NCBI GenBank assembly: GCA_002269645.1
Contig: NIVC01003434.1
Location: forward strand, 1-57,997
DNA length: 57,997 nt
Direction of reading: 5' to 3'
DNA from: Macrostomum lignano
Lineage: Eukaryota
Position 1 is the stretch's first letter. Every line of letters begins with the position of its first letter. The position numbers and the translations under genes were made by a program. The notes beneath the pieces are model-generated. The model worked only from the letters and a program-made list of their open reading frames with translations. It was not told the DNA's origin and ran no database searches. This document shows, in pieces, positions 16,441 through 28,930 of this stretch.

Positions 16441-18289
16441 ATAAGAGTATTCTAGCCAGCTGAGATGCGGACAAATAAAAATTACTAAAAAAGACTCTGT
16501 GCATCGCATCAAACTGTTTAAAGCGAGAAAAGCCGAGCTTAAAACCCGAAACAGCTGGTTGGTTAACAAAAAGCAGCAAGGCGGTGCGATTAAATATCAA
16601 TTTATTTTTTATAACAAAAACAGTGCGAAAAATAACAATTTTGTAACACAAAGCGAGCAAAAATTGCTTTTGAAATTGCAAAGCTGGATAGCGCAGAAAT
16701 TCAATAAGCAGCATTTTTGAACGCTGTGAGAGCTGCACTAGGGCAGTGATTGGCCTCTGGTTGAATTTCGGGAGCGCGGAATTCCCAACGATTTTGACTA
16801 CTCTTAGTAACATTGAGAGTGCAGTAACTAAGGAAGTATGTAATTCTAAGACAGCTCTTTCCAGGCCAAACAACTTCAGCTAGTGTTTAATAAGCTTAAC
16901 AAAACTTCAAAATCGAAAAGGAAAATATGATAAAAATAAGATCTAGTAGCACCTGATTATTGGTTAATTGAGCACTTATTCGCAAAGTTTGAGTTAGCGC
17001 AAAACTAATAAAAAGACTGTGTGTATATATTTGGGAATATTAAAAGCAATTTGCAGCAAAAAAGTTCAATTTTGCTGAGCATCAAATCGAAACAAAAAAT
17101 GCTTTGGTGTAGGAACTGAGAATTATCAACCAATGGGATGTTAAAAAATATGCAACTCAAAGGCTAGGAGAACAAAACAGGATAACATTGCACGCTTTTT
17201 AACAAAATCAGAGGCTTATATTGATTATATAATTAACAAAAATATGAATAAAAACCAATATAGATAGATATAGGTAGATATATAGAAATCGTATAAAGGC
17301 AGCACAATGTGACCGGCAGAATGCCGCACAAACAGTAACAAAATAACGCGCATTATAACAAACTGCAACCCGACTCTGCCCAAAAACTAGACAATGCTCA
17401 CATTCCAGCTGAAATCTTCTCGGTCAGCAGTCAGCACCACACAGGTACTAAAATAGCTAGATAGGCCGCTCAGCAAATTTGCGTGTCAGTCAGCTACTCT
17501 TTCAGTTCAGTAGAAAGTGAAACAGGCACGTTTTCATTTATTCTAAGACAAAACCAATGAATAATTGAACAAAACTGCACACTGACCCAAGATCAAAATC
17601 AACCATATCAAAGCCTTGCCCATTTACAAAAGTACATTATCTCCTCTTGTTGCAAGTCTCATTCGTCGTTTATATTTATTTATCCAAGTTTAATTGGTTC
17701 AATTGTGCACACCCATGCACTGGGTTAGTTTTTCTTATCTTTTCTCAATTAGCGCGTGCCGAAAGAGTCAACCGAAACTGATTGCCTCTCACCCCGTTAG
17801 CTGAAGCCCTCCCGCCGGGACTTTCCGCATATTACCTCTACCCCAGCCACGCCGCCCGATTTTTATTGCCTTCCCCTGTGTGCCCCGTCTAAATTTGGCA
17901 TGTACATTCAAGCGGCGCCGGCTAATGTACATTACCGCTAAATCAATAACAAGCTGTTTACGTCTGAAAGCTTGGCTTCTTGTCTTATAAGTCATTTCAA
18001 CTGCCTTTTGTTGGAAGCTTAATGCATTCCTCTTTGCCACTGAAAGTAGAAGAGCTGTTTTACTAAGCAAGTGGCCAATCTAGTTATTTCAGTCTGTGAT
18101 GAGTCCTGGATAAAATGGGGATCAAAAACAAAAAACAGCAAAAACACAAACAACAACAAGTGCCCAAGCGATGACAAAACGTGTGCAAAATTAGAGAGAT
18201 GGGAAAGTTTAAAACAGCACAACAACCGCAAAGAACAAAAACCTGGTCTGTGGGGAGAGACGGTGCACAACAGAGAATGCTTAACCGAC

Positions 18290-21200
18290 TCACTGCTGCT
18301 CAATAGCCGGCTGCTGTTGCTGTTGCTGCTGCAGACTGCTGCATCTGTAGATGTAGATCCGGTAGTCTTTACTAGCCAGCACAATAGACCCGTCGTCAAG
18401 CAGGTCGATGTCGAAGCACTGGGCGTGCTTAATCCTCGACTCCAGAGCCTGCACTAGCTGGCCCTGCGGGTTGAACACTGTCACATTGAAGTTGTTATGA
18501 TTGTCCGCCACCACTATGTTGCCGTCGGACCGGACCGCCACACCGATAGGGTAGTTGGTGACCCCGCTCATGCCGATCTGGCCCAGGTACACTCCGTGGT
18601 AATTAAATACTCGAATGCAGTGGGCTCGGTTGTCGCTGATGTAAATCCTATAGTTGCCATCCACAGCAATGCTGTTGGGGAACTGCAGCCGGCTGCACTT
18701 GAAAGTCTTCAGAACAACTCCGCTGGAGTCGAAAATCACCACGCGCATTATCTTGCACTCGATGCAGATCACCCGCCCGTCCCGGTCGACGCACACGCCG
18801 CGCGGATGCTGCAGCACATCCGAGCCGAACTTGCGAATGAATTCGCCGAGGCGGGTGTACACCTGCGCAAGTTTGGAGTCAGGTATGGCCAGGCTTATCG
18901 TTACTGGCTGCGCGTAATCAGTGTCTACCCTGCTATCCCCTCAGTGTCTACCCTGCTATCCCCTCAGTGACTACCCTGCTATCCCCTCAGTGTCTACCCT
19001 GCTATCCCCTCAGTGTCTACCCTGCTATCCCCTCAGTGTCTACCCTGCTATCCCCTCAGTGTCTACCCTGCTATCCCCTCAGTGTTTGACCTGCTATTAC
19101 GTCAGTTTCTGCCCTGCTACCCCCAGTGCCGTTCAATCAGCGCTCACCTGAACCTGATGCGTAGGCGAGCGCTCCGTGACCACAATATTGCCGGTGGCTC
19201 GGTGCACAGCCACCCTATTAGGATAGGTGAACTGGCCCTCCCGCCGGCCGTTCTCGCCAAAGTGGAAGCGCAGCTGGCCAGTGACGCTGAACACCTGAAT
19301 CCGGTGATTGTTTGTGTCCGCCACGATTATCTCCTGCTGGGCGTTCACGGCCACGCCGCTGGGCTCCGTGAACTGGCCGTCAGTGAGGCCGAACTCTCCG
19401 AATTTCCTGCCGGTAAGAGGAAAAAAAGCATTTGCTTAAACACTTGTGGGGAAGCAGGGAGAGAAGGAAAGACAGGAAGGAGTGAGGGGGGCATACATGC
19501 TCAACCTCCAAAATTCAGTCGGCCGTGCGACTTAGTTTTAACAAAGAATGCGACGTAGTTTTTGGCCAAAGATGCGACTTACATGTAAAAGAAATCCTAA
19601 AGCAAAATAAACGCTACTTTGGGTAAACGGCAGGAGTAACAATGACTGTCTTATTGAGGCACAATCGCTCGTTAGCTACTTAGTTATACTTGGTATTTAT
19701 TCAGGTGGGCATTTTTGCGACTTACCTTGGTTGGCCGCCAAATCGGTCGGCCAGATTGGCCGACTGTTGCGCATGTATGGAGGGGGGAGGGAAGGAGTGA
19801 GGAGGGAAGGAGTGAGGGCGGGAATGAAGGGGTGAGAGCGGGAGGGAAGGAGTGAGGGCGGGAAGGAAGGAAAAACCACTCACATGTGGTACTGAATCCT
19901 GGCCCTAGCAACCAGCGGAGCGGACGGCGAGGTGCCGCCGCCGATGTGCGACCGAAGCAGAGCCTCGGCCAGCTGCAAATCGATAATGCCGCCGCCTCCG
20001 CCACCGCCAGCAGCTTGGCCAATCAGCAGCTGCTGCTGTTGCTGCTGCTGAGGCTGCTGCTCTACCAGGCTCTGCTCCACCGAGCCTGGCGACACCGCCG
20101 AAGGCAAGTCCGCAACCGCGGCGCCGCCATTCATCGCAGCTGGGCCGCCGCAGTCGCCGCCGTGGGACCAGTAGACAGCGCCGCCACTGCCGCCTCGGCT
20201 CTTTTGCCTCTGCCGCTGCTGCTTTTGCTGCTCCTCTGCTGCTAGTAGAAGCGGAACCGAATTCTCCTTGTCTGTGCAGCCGGACTGCACCGGCCAGCCG
20301 GTGAGAGAGGCCGAGGCAGCGGCAGCGGCCGGAATCGCAGAGTCTTCGACGACAGCCGCTGTCTGCGAGCGCTGCTGCTGCGGCTGCGGGTGCTGCTGCT
20401 GGTGATGGCGACCTTCGCCGATAGCACCAAGGGGGTTGCCCGGACGGCCAGAGGCGGTGGATGCAGCGACGGCCTTAATTGGGAGGTAAATTGGGGCAGC
20501 ATAGCAATATCCTATAGGATAGCAATAGCAATGTTCTGAGGAAATCCTCCTCACACAGATAATCTTTCTTCTCACACCGATAATCTTCCTTCTCACACTG
20601 ATAATCTTCCTTCTCACACTGATAATCTTCCTTCTCACACCGATAATCTTCCTTCTCACACTGATAATCTTCCTTTCACACCATATAATCTTCTTCTCAC
20701 ACAGATAATCTTCCTTCTCACACCGATAATCTTCCTTCTCACACTGATAATCTTCCTTTCACACCATATAATCTTCTCTACTCAAACAGATAATCTGAGC
20801 AGAATGATTACAGCGCCACTAGTCACCTGTACCTGGTCGGGTCCAACAACGCTGCCCATGAGGCCCAGGGCGTGAGCCACAATGGACGGCGGCGGCAGGT
20901 AGGTGATGCACTGGGCCGGGTCGCGGTCCAGCTCCGGGTAGCGGTGCTGCAGCACGGCGTCCAGCGACGGCTCCAAAGCGGCGTGCAGCATCGTCCTCTC
21001 GGCCGGGGCGGAGTGGGGGCCACAGTGCGCGTGCATCAGGGTGTAGTGCCTGGCCAGCAGCTGCATATCCTGACGCAGTTGGCGCCTGGAGCGCTGTAGT
21101 CCCGCGCCATAGTCAGCGGCACATTTGTTGAGCTCCTGGGTGAGCTGCTGACGACGGTCTGCGATGGCGGCCTGTGGGATTCATCGGAAATATTCCATCT

Positions 21201-23544
21201 CACTATTATATGGATCCCACTCACGATAGGTACATCCCAATCCTCAATAGACATATCCCCACTCCTCACTAGATACATCCCATTCCTCACTAGATACATC
21301 CCATTCCTCACTAGATACATCCCACTCCTCACTAGATACATCCCACTCCTCACTAGATATATCCCACTCCTCACTAGATATATCCCACTCCTCACTAGAT
21401 ACATGTACATCCCACTCCTCACTAGATACATCCCACTCCTCACTAGATACATCCCATTCCTCACTAGATACATCCCACTCCTCACTAGATACATCCCACT
21501 CCTCACTAGATACATCCCACTCCTCACTAGATACATCCCACTCCTCACTAGATACATCCCACTCCTCACTAGATACATCCCACTCCTCACTAGATATAAC
21601 CCCAATACTCACTAGATATATCCCACTCTTCACTGGATAATACCCTATTCCTCAGTCGCACAGCAGCAGGAGTCCCACCTGATAATCCTGATAGCTGCGT
21701 TCGATCCGCTCGGCCACCAGTCGGCAAGACTCGGCCAACTTGGCCTCCCACTCTGGCAAGGTGTCCAGGGCTCGCTGTACCCAGTCTAGGCGGGTCTTGG
21801 CAGCGTGGCCGGCCGTCTCTAGCAGGGCGGCTTCGCGCTGCAGCATCGCCTGCGTCAGCTGCTTGATGGGGTGGCCGCGGTGCTCGCCGGCCAGGCACTC
21901 GTCGCAAACCGGCCGGGCGCAGTGAGCGCAGAAGAATGTCAGCGACTAACGGAAGGATTGGCAGATAGAATAGCGAGACTGACATGGCAGGAGAGACTGA
22001 TATAACTAAGACGTGAGATTGACATGGGAAGAGGTGAGATTGACATGGGAACTGGCGAGATTGATATGGGAACTGGCGAGATTGATATGGGAATAGGTGA
22101 GATTGACATGGGAACTGGCGAGATTGATATGGGAACTGGCGAGATTGATATGGGAATAGGTGAGATTAACATGGGAACTGGCGAGATTGATATGGGAACT
22201 GGCGAGATTGATATGGGAACTGGCGAGATTGATATGGGCATAGGTGAGATTAACATGGGAACTGGCGAGATTGATATGGGAACTGGCGAGATTGACATGG
22301 GAATAGGTGAGATTAACATGGGAACTGGCGAGATTGATATGGGAACTGGCGAGATTGATATGGGAATAGGTGAGATTGACATGGGAACTGGCGAGATTGA
22401 TATGGGAACTGGCGAGATTGATATGGGAATAGGTGAGATTGACATGGGAACTGGCGAGATTGATATGGGAACTGGCGAGATTGATATGGGAATAGGTGAG
22501 ATTAACATGGGAACTGGCGAGATTGATATGGAAACTGGCGAGATTGATATGGGAACTGGCGAGATTGATATGGGAATAGGTGAGATTAACATGGGAACTG
22601 GTGAGATTGATATGGAAACTGTGAGATTGATATGGGAACTGTGAGATTGATATGGGAATAGATGGGAATAGGTGAGACTGACATGGAAAGAGGTGAGATT
22701 GATGTGAAGATATGAGACTGATATGGGAACTGGCGAGATTAATATGGGAAGAGGTGAGATTGACATGGTAATAGGTGAGATTGACATGGTAATAGGTGAG
22801 ATTGAGATGGGAAGAGGTGAGATTGACATGAAAAGAGGTGAGATTAACATGGGAACTGGCGAGATTGACTGAGAAGCAAAGTGGAATGGACTCAAGCCAT
22901 GCTCAACCAGACATCATTGACCCCCAACTTACCTGCTGCCGGTGCTCGCTGCAGGGCACGGCTGGCTGCCCATCGGGAGCCGAAGACCCAGGCGCCAGTC
23001 CCAGGTAGCGCTCACCAGCAAAATTGCACAGCAGTTTAGCGACGGGCACCTCCTGGGCGTCCGGGCAACGCCGACAGCGATAGGCCGCGCCGCCGGACAG
23101 GATGTCCACAGCCAGGCCGGACTCCAGGCACCTGTCGCAGTAGTGATGGCCGCACGGCAGAATCCGGGTCCGCCTGCGGAGACCGCAATGGCCGCAGCTG
23201 ACGGCCCAGCGGAGCATCTCCTCCGGGCTGCAGCAGGCTGCCAGACCGTCGGCGTCGTCGACAGCGGCTTCTTCGGCGTCGGACTGCGGCGCAGGCGTCG
23301 GCGAGTAGGTGAACCCGGATGCCAGGGCGTTGGCCGGAGCGGCGGCAGTGGCGCGGGAACTGGCGGGACTGCAGCTGGCGGTGGTGACGCCGGCGCGGCC
23401 GCTGCCGCCGCTGTTGCTGTCGACGCTGCTGCCGCTGCCGTGGCCGACACCGATAGTCAGCATCGGGCTAGGCGTCATCGGGCCGATGGCGGTGACCGAG
23501 TACGGGCGACTCTGAGCTTCCTGGAATGCCGGCGAGTACACGGG
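18290..23544 (-). CDS. brat: Brain tumor (brat/ncl-1) family TRIM-NHL protein: RING-like, B-box, coiled coil, low-complexity linker, NHL repeats
   Basis: Phase-consistent exons 23544(or 23520)-22933, 21945-21679, 21171-20833, 20473-19884, 19406-19148, 18862-18290. NHL text KFGEFG..DGQFTEPSGVAVNAQ.EIIVADTNNHRIQ...YPNRVAV...TERSPTHQ.Q...LQHPRGV.VD...DNRAHC...TNYPIGV...DNHNNFN...KHAQCFD...LASKDYRIYIY closely matches Brat as I recall it. B-box CSEHRQQSLTFFCAHCARPVCDECLAGEHRGH is reconstructed across intron 1. Confidence 0.92.
18920..19085. repeat. 23-bp intronic minisatellite (CAGTGTCTACCCTGCTATCCCCT)
   Basis: Tandem copies in the last brat intron. Confidence 0.9.
20548..20778. repeat. 21-bp intronic minisatellite (ACACTGATAATCTTCCTTCTC)
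   Basis: Tandem copies between brat exons. Confidence 0.9.
21250..21625. repeat. 21-bp intronic minisatellite (CACTAGATACATCCCACTCCT)
   Basis: Tandem copies between brat exons. Confidence 0.9.
22012..22870. repeat. 21-bp intronic minisatellite (GAGATTGATATGGGAACTGGC)
   Basis: About 40 copies with a higher-order variant pattern; lies in the intron that splits the B-box. Confidence 0.95.
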
Positions 23545-23649
23545 CTTAGGTGTGGTGTAGACTCAGGTGTGGGGTGTGGGGTAGACTCAGGTGTGTAGTG
23601 AATACAGACTCGGGAATGTAGGGTATAATATAGACTTTGGTGTGTAGGG

Positions 23650-23825
23650 TAGACAGGATCCGGTATGTGGGGTGGACAGGATCCGGCATGTGGGATTGAC
23701 AGGATCCGGTATGTGGGATAGACAGGATCCGGTATGTGGGATAGACAGGATCCGGTATGTGGGATTGACAGGATCCGGTATGTGGGATTGACAGGATCCG
23801 GTATATGGGGTAAGACAGGATGGGA
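23650..23825. repeat. 23-bp minisatellite (GACAGGATCCGGTATGTGGGATA)
   Basis: Tandem copies just upstream of the brat RING exon. Confidence 0.9.
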
Positions 23826-24141
23826 TCTATAGCGACATTCGCAGAGATATACATTATAGTTTACACTTAAGAAGGAAATTCTAGGCAAATATTTTAAAAG
23901 GAAATCTTATATACTAAAACTAAGATTGATCCCAAATCAGTAAAAAATTACAAAAAAACACATGGAAACAATTCTACCCCTTCCGAAAGAAGATAAACAC
24001 AAAGAGCCTAAAAAATGTCAATACTTCTGCGCCGTGAACAATGGAAATGATCAATAACAATGACTTTATTTGGAAATTAATGATGCTAAGTTTATACACC
24101 ATATATACTACTCATCGACTACTTAGTAATAGCTTAGTAAG

Positions 24142-24560
24142 TCAAGGCAGATTATCGAAGCTGATCAAGTCCGCGGCTGCCGGGCTCTGCAGAGCCCCCT
24201 CCTTGTCAGCTTGATCCGTCTTAGCGTCCACCGGAATATACCAGGCTTCAACTGGCAGGTCGCTGCCCACATTCTCGTCCAGCTCGGACAGGCTGTTTCG
24301 CCGTGGCCGGTTGCTGTCCAAACTGTCCGGGAAATCGTCATCAAAGCAGCAGATGCTGACGGACCGCCTCAGGTGTGGCTGCAGCAGCGGACGGGCCGAC
24401 GGATCGGCCGGGACGGATGGGGACGGCAGGAGGCTGTCGGCTTCGGTGGCAGCGGCAGCGCTGGCAGCGGGTTGGCAGCCGGAGAGCCACCAGCGCCATT
24501 CCAGGTAGCGCCAGGCGCGCGTTCGAGATAAGCGAGTCTGCGATTCAGCAAGAGGGGTGG
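24142..24560 (-). CDS. Terminal coding exon (alternative last exon of brat, or end of a small upstream gene)
   Basis: GC-rich open frame ...RRSVSICCFDDDFPDSLDSNRPRRNSLSELDE...DLISFDNLP* with phase-0 acceptors, no strong internal donor, and AATAAA about 75 nt downstream of the stop. Confidence 0.6.
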
Positions 24561-24589
24561 CTGACTGTCTGCGTCTCACTCCACTCACC

Positions 24590-24905
24590 CATCTATCTAT
24601 CAGGATCTCACTCCACTCTCTCAACCATTTATCAGGATCTCACTCCACTCTCTCAACCATTTATCAGGATCTCACTCCACTCTCTCAACCATTTATCAGG
24701 ATCTCACTCCACTCTCTCAAACATTTATCAGGATCTCACTTCACTCTCTCATCCATCTATCAGGATCTCACTCCACTCTTCCATCTATCTATCAGGATCT
24801 CACTACATTCTCTCATCTATCTATCAGGATCTCACTCCACTCTCTCATCTATCCATCAGGATCTCTCTCCACTCTCTCATCTATCCATCAGGATCTCTCT
24901 CCACT
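24590..24905. repeat. 32-bp intronic minisatellite (ATCAGGATCTCACTCCACTCTCTCAACCATTT)
   Basis: About 10 tandem copies. Confidence 0.9.
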
Positions 24906-25166
24906 CTCTGATCGATAAAACTTAGAAAACTCGGGAAATACTTGGATGAATCTAATTATACCGATTTACATAACTCTCTTCTCTTCTAGCGGAAAGATCT
25001 TACCCGAACCAAGCTGAAAGGTGATACCCTTTCTGGGAAACAAAGCAGCATTCGCACCGCAGCAAACAAAATTTACATTATTCAATGCAGCGGTTTCTAA
25101 CAAAGATACATGTAGGAACCATTTGTACTAGACGCAGTATCCTAATCTCGAAACTAGGAAGCTTAC

Positions 25167-26510
25167 CTTGTCAGCCAAGGCGGACGCGTCCGAGCCCAGA
25201 CAGGTGAGTAGCGAGCCGTCAGTCACCTGAGTTTAGGAATAAGCAAAGGTGTAGCTTGCATTATTTTGTCAAAAATCTGCGACTTTAGACAGTGGCGATA
25301 AACTAAAGGATTGGAGGAGGGACTTTGTAGCACCAACTGAAGGATTGAGGGAGGGGCATTGTGGCGCCAACTGAAGGATTGAGGGAGGGGCATTGCGGCA
25401 CCAACTGAAGGATTGAGGGAGGGGCATTGTGGCACCAACTGAAGGATTGAGGGAGGGGCATTGCGGCACCAACTGAAAGATTGGGGAGGGGCATTGTGGC
25501 ACCAACTGAAGGATTGAGGGAGGGGCATTGTGGCGCCAACTGAAGGATTGAGGGAGGGCATTGTGGCGCCAACTGAAGGATTGAGGGAGGGGCATTGTGG
25601 CGCCAACTGAAGGATTGAGGGAGGGGCATTGTGGCACCAACTGAAGGATTGAGGGAGGGGCATTGCGGCACCAACTGAAAGATTGGGGGAGGGGCATTGT
25701 GGCACCAACTGAAGGATTGAGGGGCATTGTGGCGCCAACTGGGATTGAGGGAGGGGCATTGTGGCGCCAACTGAAGGATTGAGGGAGGGGCATTGTGGCA
25801 CCAACTGAAGGATTGAGGGAGGGGCATTGTGGCGCCAACTGAAGGATTGAGGGAGGCACCAACTGAAGGATTGAGGGAGGCACCAACTGAAGGATTGAGG
25901 GAGGCACCAACTGAAGGATTGAGGGAGGCACCAACTGAAGGATTGAGGGAGGCACCAACTGAAGGATTGAGGGAGGCACCAACTAAAGGATTGAGGGAGG
26001 GGCATTGTGGCGCCAACTGAAGGATTGAGGGAGGGCATTGTGGCGCCAACTGAAGGATTGAGGGAGGCACCAACTGAAGGATTGAGGGAGGCACCAACTG
26101 AAGGATTGAGGGAGGCACCAACTGAAGGATTGAGGGAGGCACCAACTGAAGGATTGAGGGAGGCACCAACTGAAGGATTGAGGGAGGCACCAACTGAAGG
26201 ATTGAGGGAGGCACCAACTGAAGGATTGAGGGAGGCACCAACTGAAGGATTGAGGGAGGCACCAACTGAAGGATTGAGGGAGGCACCAACTGAAGGCCCA
26301 AGGTATCAGGGACCGTCAATTGCTTTAATTACCCAGAAGCACTGAACTGCTCACCCTTCGATTCTTGCAGGGAATCTGGCCACCGTCGCAAGCTGCCGGC
26401 GCCTCATCATCCCATTCGCTGACGCTGGCAGCAGACTTTGGCGCGGTCGCCACAGCTGCTGCTCCCTTTCGTCGGATTCGACCCTTGAAGTAGCTCCAAG
26501 TGGACTTCAT
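25167..26510 (-). CDS. Two upstream coding exons (26510-26355 and 25226-25167) of the brat locus
   Basis: ATG at 26510 MKSTWSYFKGRIRRK...CKNRR|GTGAGC; 60-nt exon CTCAG|VTDGSLLTCLGSDASALADK|GTAAGC. Both phase 0 and in frame with either 24560 or 23544. Confidence 0.6.
25330..26295. repeat. 24/34-bp intronic minisatellite (GCACCAACTGAAGGATTGAGGGAG +/- GGGCATTGTG)
   Basis: Blocks of 34-bp and 24-bp variants. Confidence 0.95.
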
Positions 26511-27199
26511 TCTATTCACAAGTCTTTCAAAACCGTAGCTCCGTGTTCTGCTTCAGTGATCGACTGTGCACTTAAGACTCAGTATTGTCTGCTTTATGCT
26601 TTAACCGGCTCCATGCTCACATACAGACAACCAATGCTCTGCTGACATTGCAGTCCCAGGCCGCATGAGCTGCGGGGGTTTCTCTCTCTCTCTCTCTCAA
26701 ACCGATACTTTGAGACGAATTTAGCAGATCGCCGTGGCTGAGCAGTTAGGGAAAATCGATAAATTTAGCTAGCCAGAGACAGTGGTCTCATAACTATGGG
26801 CAAAACGGAAACTCACTATTCTCAGAAATCGATTAAAATTCACTCGAACAGCAGCAACTGGACATTGGTTGACTGAACTTGCACCGGCTTAGCCAGTACT
26901 CTCTAGTGTCTGTAAATAGCCTGTTTTGCATACTGGTAACCTGGTAACAGTGGTAAGCACATGTGGAAGGAGGGCATAGATAAAAGATGCAATATGCTAA
27001 CATAATAATCCCTCAATTATCACATAAATAAACACTGTGACATGAGCACAGATTGCATATGATATTATATATTGTACATGAGCACACCATGCAACAATTA
27101 CATTACAACTAACTATATGAAGACTCATTGAGATGGAATTCACTCATAACCCTACAACTATCACAGTATCTAGATCTAGGAACTTGGAAATTCTACCAG

Positions 27200-27950
27200 A
27201 TGCTTATAGCCTTATCCTACTTGCTTGTTAAACACAGCTCAAGGCCAGAACCAGATTATCGCTATAATAGTTGCATACACTCCTCAACTTTGCCAGGTAT
27301 ATGAGCAACATTGCTTACCATTCAGATCCATGCATTTACTGAAATTAGCATTTTGGGCAAGCAATTTACATCAACAATGAAGTCATAGGCTGGCACTAGG
27401 GACTAAAGCAGAAAGTGGAGCACACTTACCTGACTGACACTTTATTCCCTGTTGAGCTCTTGCACCAAGAGGCACTATTAGTGCTAATCTATGCTTTTTT
27501 AGTTGGCTGAGGAGCTAAGACTTAGGGCATGAGATTAGATTTGCATGGGTGCTGGCATATTCTGGCCTGCTAAGGAACAAGGCAGCCAATATAGCTAGTA
27601 AAGCCAATCAACTTCCCTAAAAGGATGTCAAAATCATTGTAAGAGTGATCTGTACTATAGACTATAGACACTACAGACTAACTCTAAGCTATATCACAAG
27701 AGTACCAATAGAAGAGGCAATAGAGGAAGCAAGGCTACGTTTAGTTCCAGAGCTAAAGCTATTAGCTTTTACCACTTAATATCTAGGCATTCCCTGGAGC
27801 TTGCATCTCTGTGCCCTATTTGCAAGATCAATGAGGCCTTAGAGAGATGCAGACATTGCAATGAGAAGGCAGAAACTATTGAGCATATTTGCTATTGTGT
27901 AGTAACCTTTTAGGCTAGAGCCAGACATGCCATTATGGAGCTATTTAATA
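27200..27950 (+). mobile_element. Heavily C-to-T mutated non-LTR retrotransposon fossil (RNase H plus C-terminal zinc knuckle)
   Basis: 27546-27605 reads WVLAYSGLLRNKAANIASKA versus the RNase H motif WVPAHSG.PGNE.AD..AK.A. About 27848-27900 reads CRHCNEKAETIEHICYC, like the LINE C..C....ET..H....C motif. Confidence 0.6.
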
Positions 27951-28399
27951 TTTAGACTAATAAATAGGGCACTGGCATTTAGGTCCTAGTTTAAAGAATA
28001 TTTACCCTTAAGCTCTGATGGATGAACTTGGCAACAACAATAATAACAAGCAATAGCAGCAATAATTGAACTAAGAATAGGCCTAATATATAAATCATTT
28101 TATGAAGTAAATAACTAATATTTTGTTGCTTTTATAGCATAATGTTTATTTTAGATTTTAAATTCTATTTTTTATTTCCAACAGCAATTATATAATTATA
28201 CTACAGTTTCATAGTCACTTTTTGAGCTTTTGTCTTTACTTGTTTGATTAATAGATGATAAAATGATAACAAAACTCATTGAATACATTTGGCTTTATGG
28301 GTAGATAACAAAGTGATTAACTAAATAATAGATAACAAATTTTTCAGATAACAAAGTGGCAAATGACAGTGTCTAAGAACTCAGAACTACAATAAAAGC

Positions 28400-28930
28400 A
28401 ATAGGCCTATCTATAATTAAAGGGAAGAAATTACAAATATATATTCTTATTCAACTAACATGTTTTGCTTAGGCAATGGCTAGAGTTCTGGCACCAGAAC
28501 CCATTTGGCCATTTTCTAACTGCTATAGATCTGGCAGTGGTATTCCAGTAGTGTAATTTATGGGTAGGCCTATAATATAGCAGAAACATTTTACTTTTTA
28601 ATGGGTGGTTTGTATTGAGATTTTGTTCAAGATAAGATCAAAATGAAATGATAAGATTCAAATCAAGATACTTCTATGTTTAAGACTTCATTAGTAGATA
28701 ATTGCCTGCAGAAGATTGCTGGATCCATAGCCATTAGAAAATGGGTTCCAGTGCCAGAAATCTAGCCATTACTAGGCCTAGGCCTATTTTGTTTAAGCAT
28801 CTTTAAGTTGTTGAAAATTTTACTTAGCATTTATCAAAATTGTAATAGTGTATAGCCTAAAGTTAGGCAAAACATGTCATTTGAATAAGAAAAAATGCTC
28901 CAGATTTCTTTCTATTAATCCTTATCAAGC
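28400..28930. mobile_element. Degenerate foldback/MITE with diverged inverted arms
   Basis: AATGGCTAGAGTTCTGGCACCAGAACCCATTT (~28475) matches the reverse complement of ~28735-28770; TTCTTATTCAACTAACATGTTTTGC (~28444) matches the reverse complement of ~28866-28890. Confidence 0.55.
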
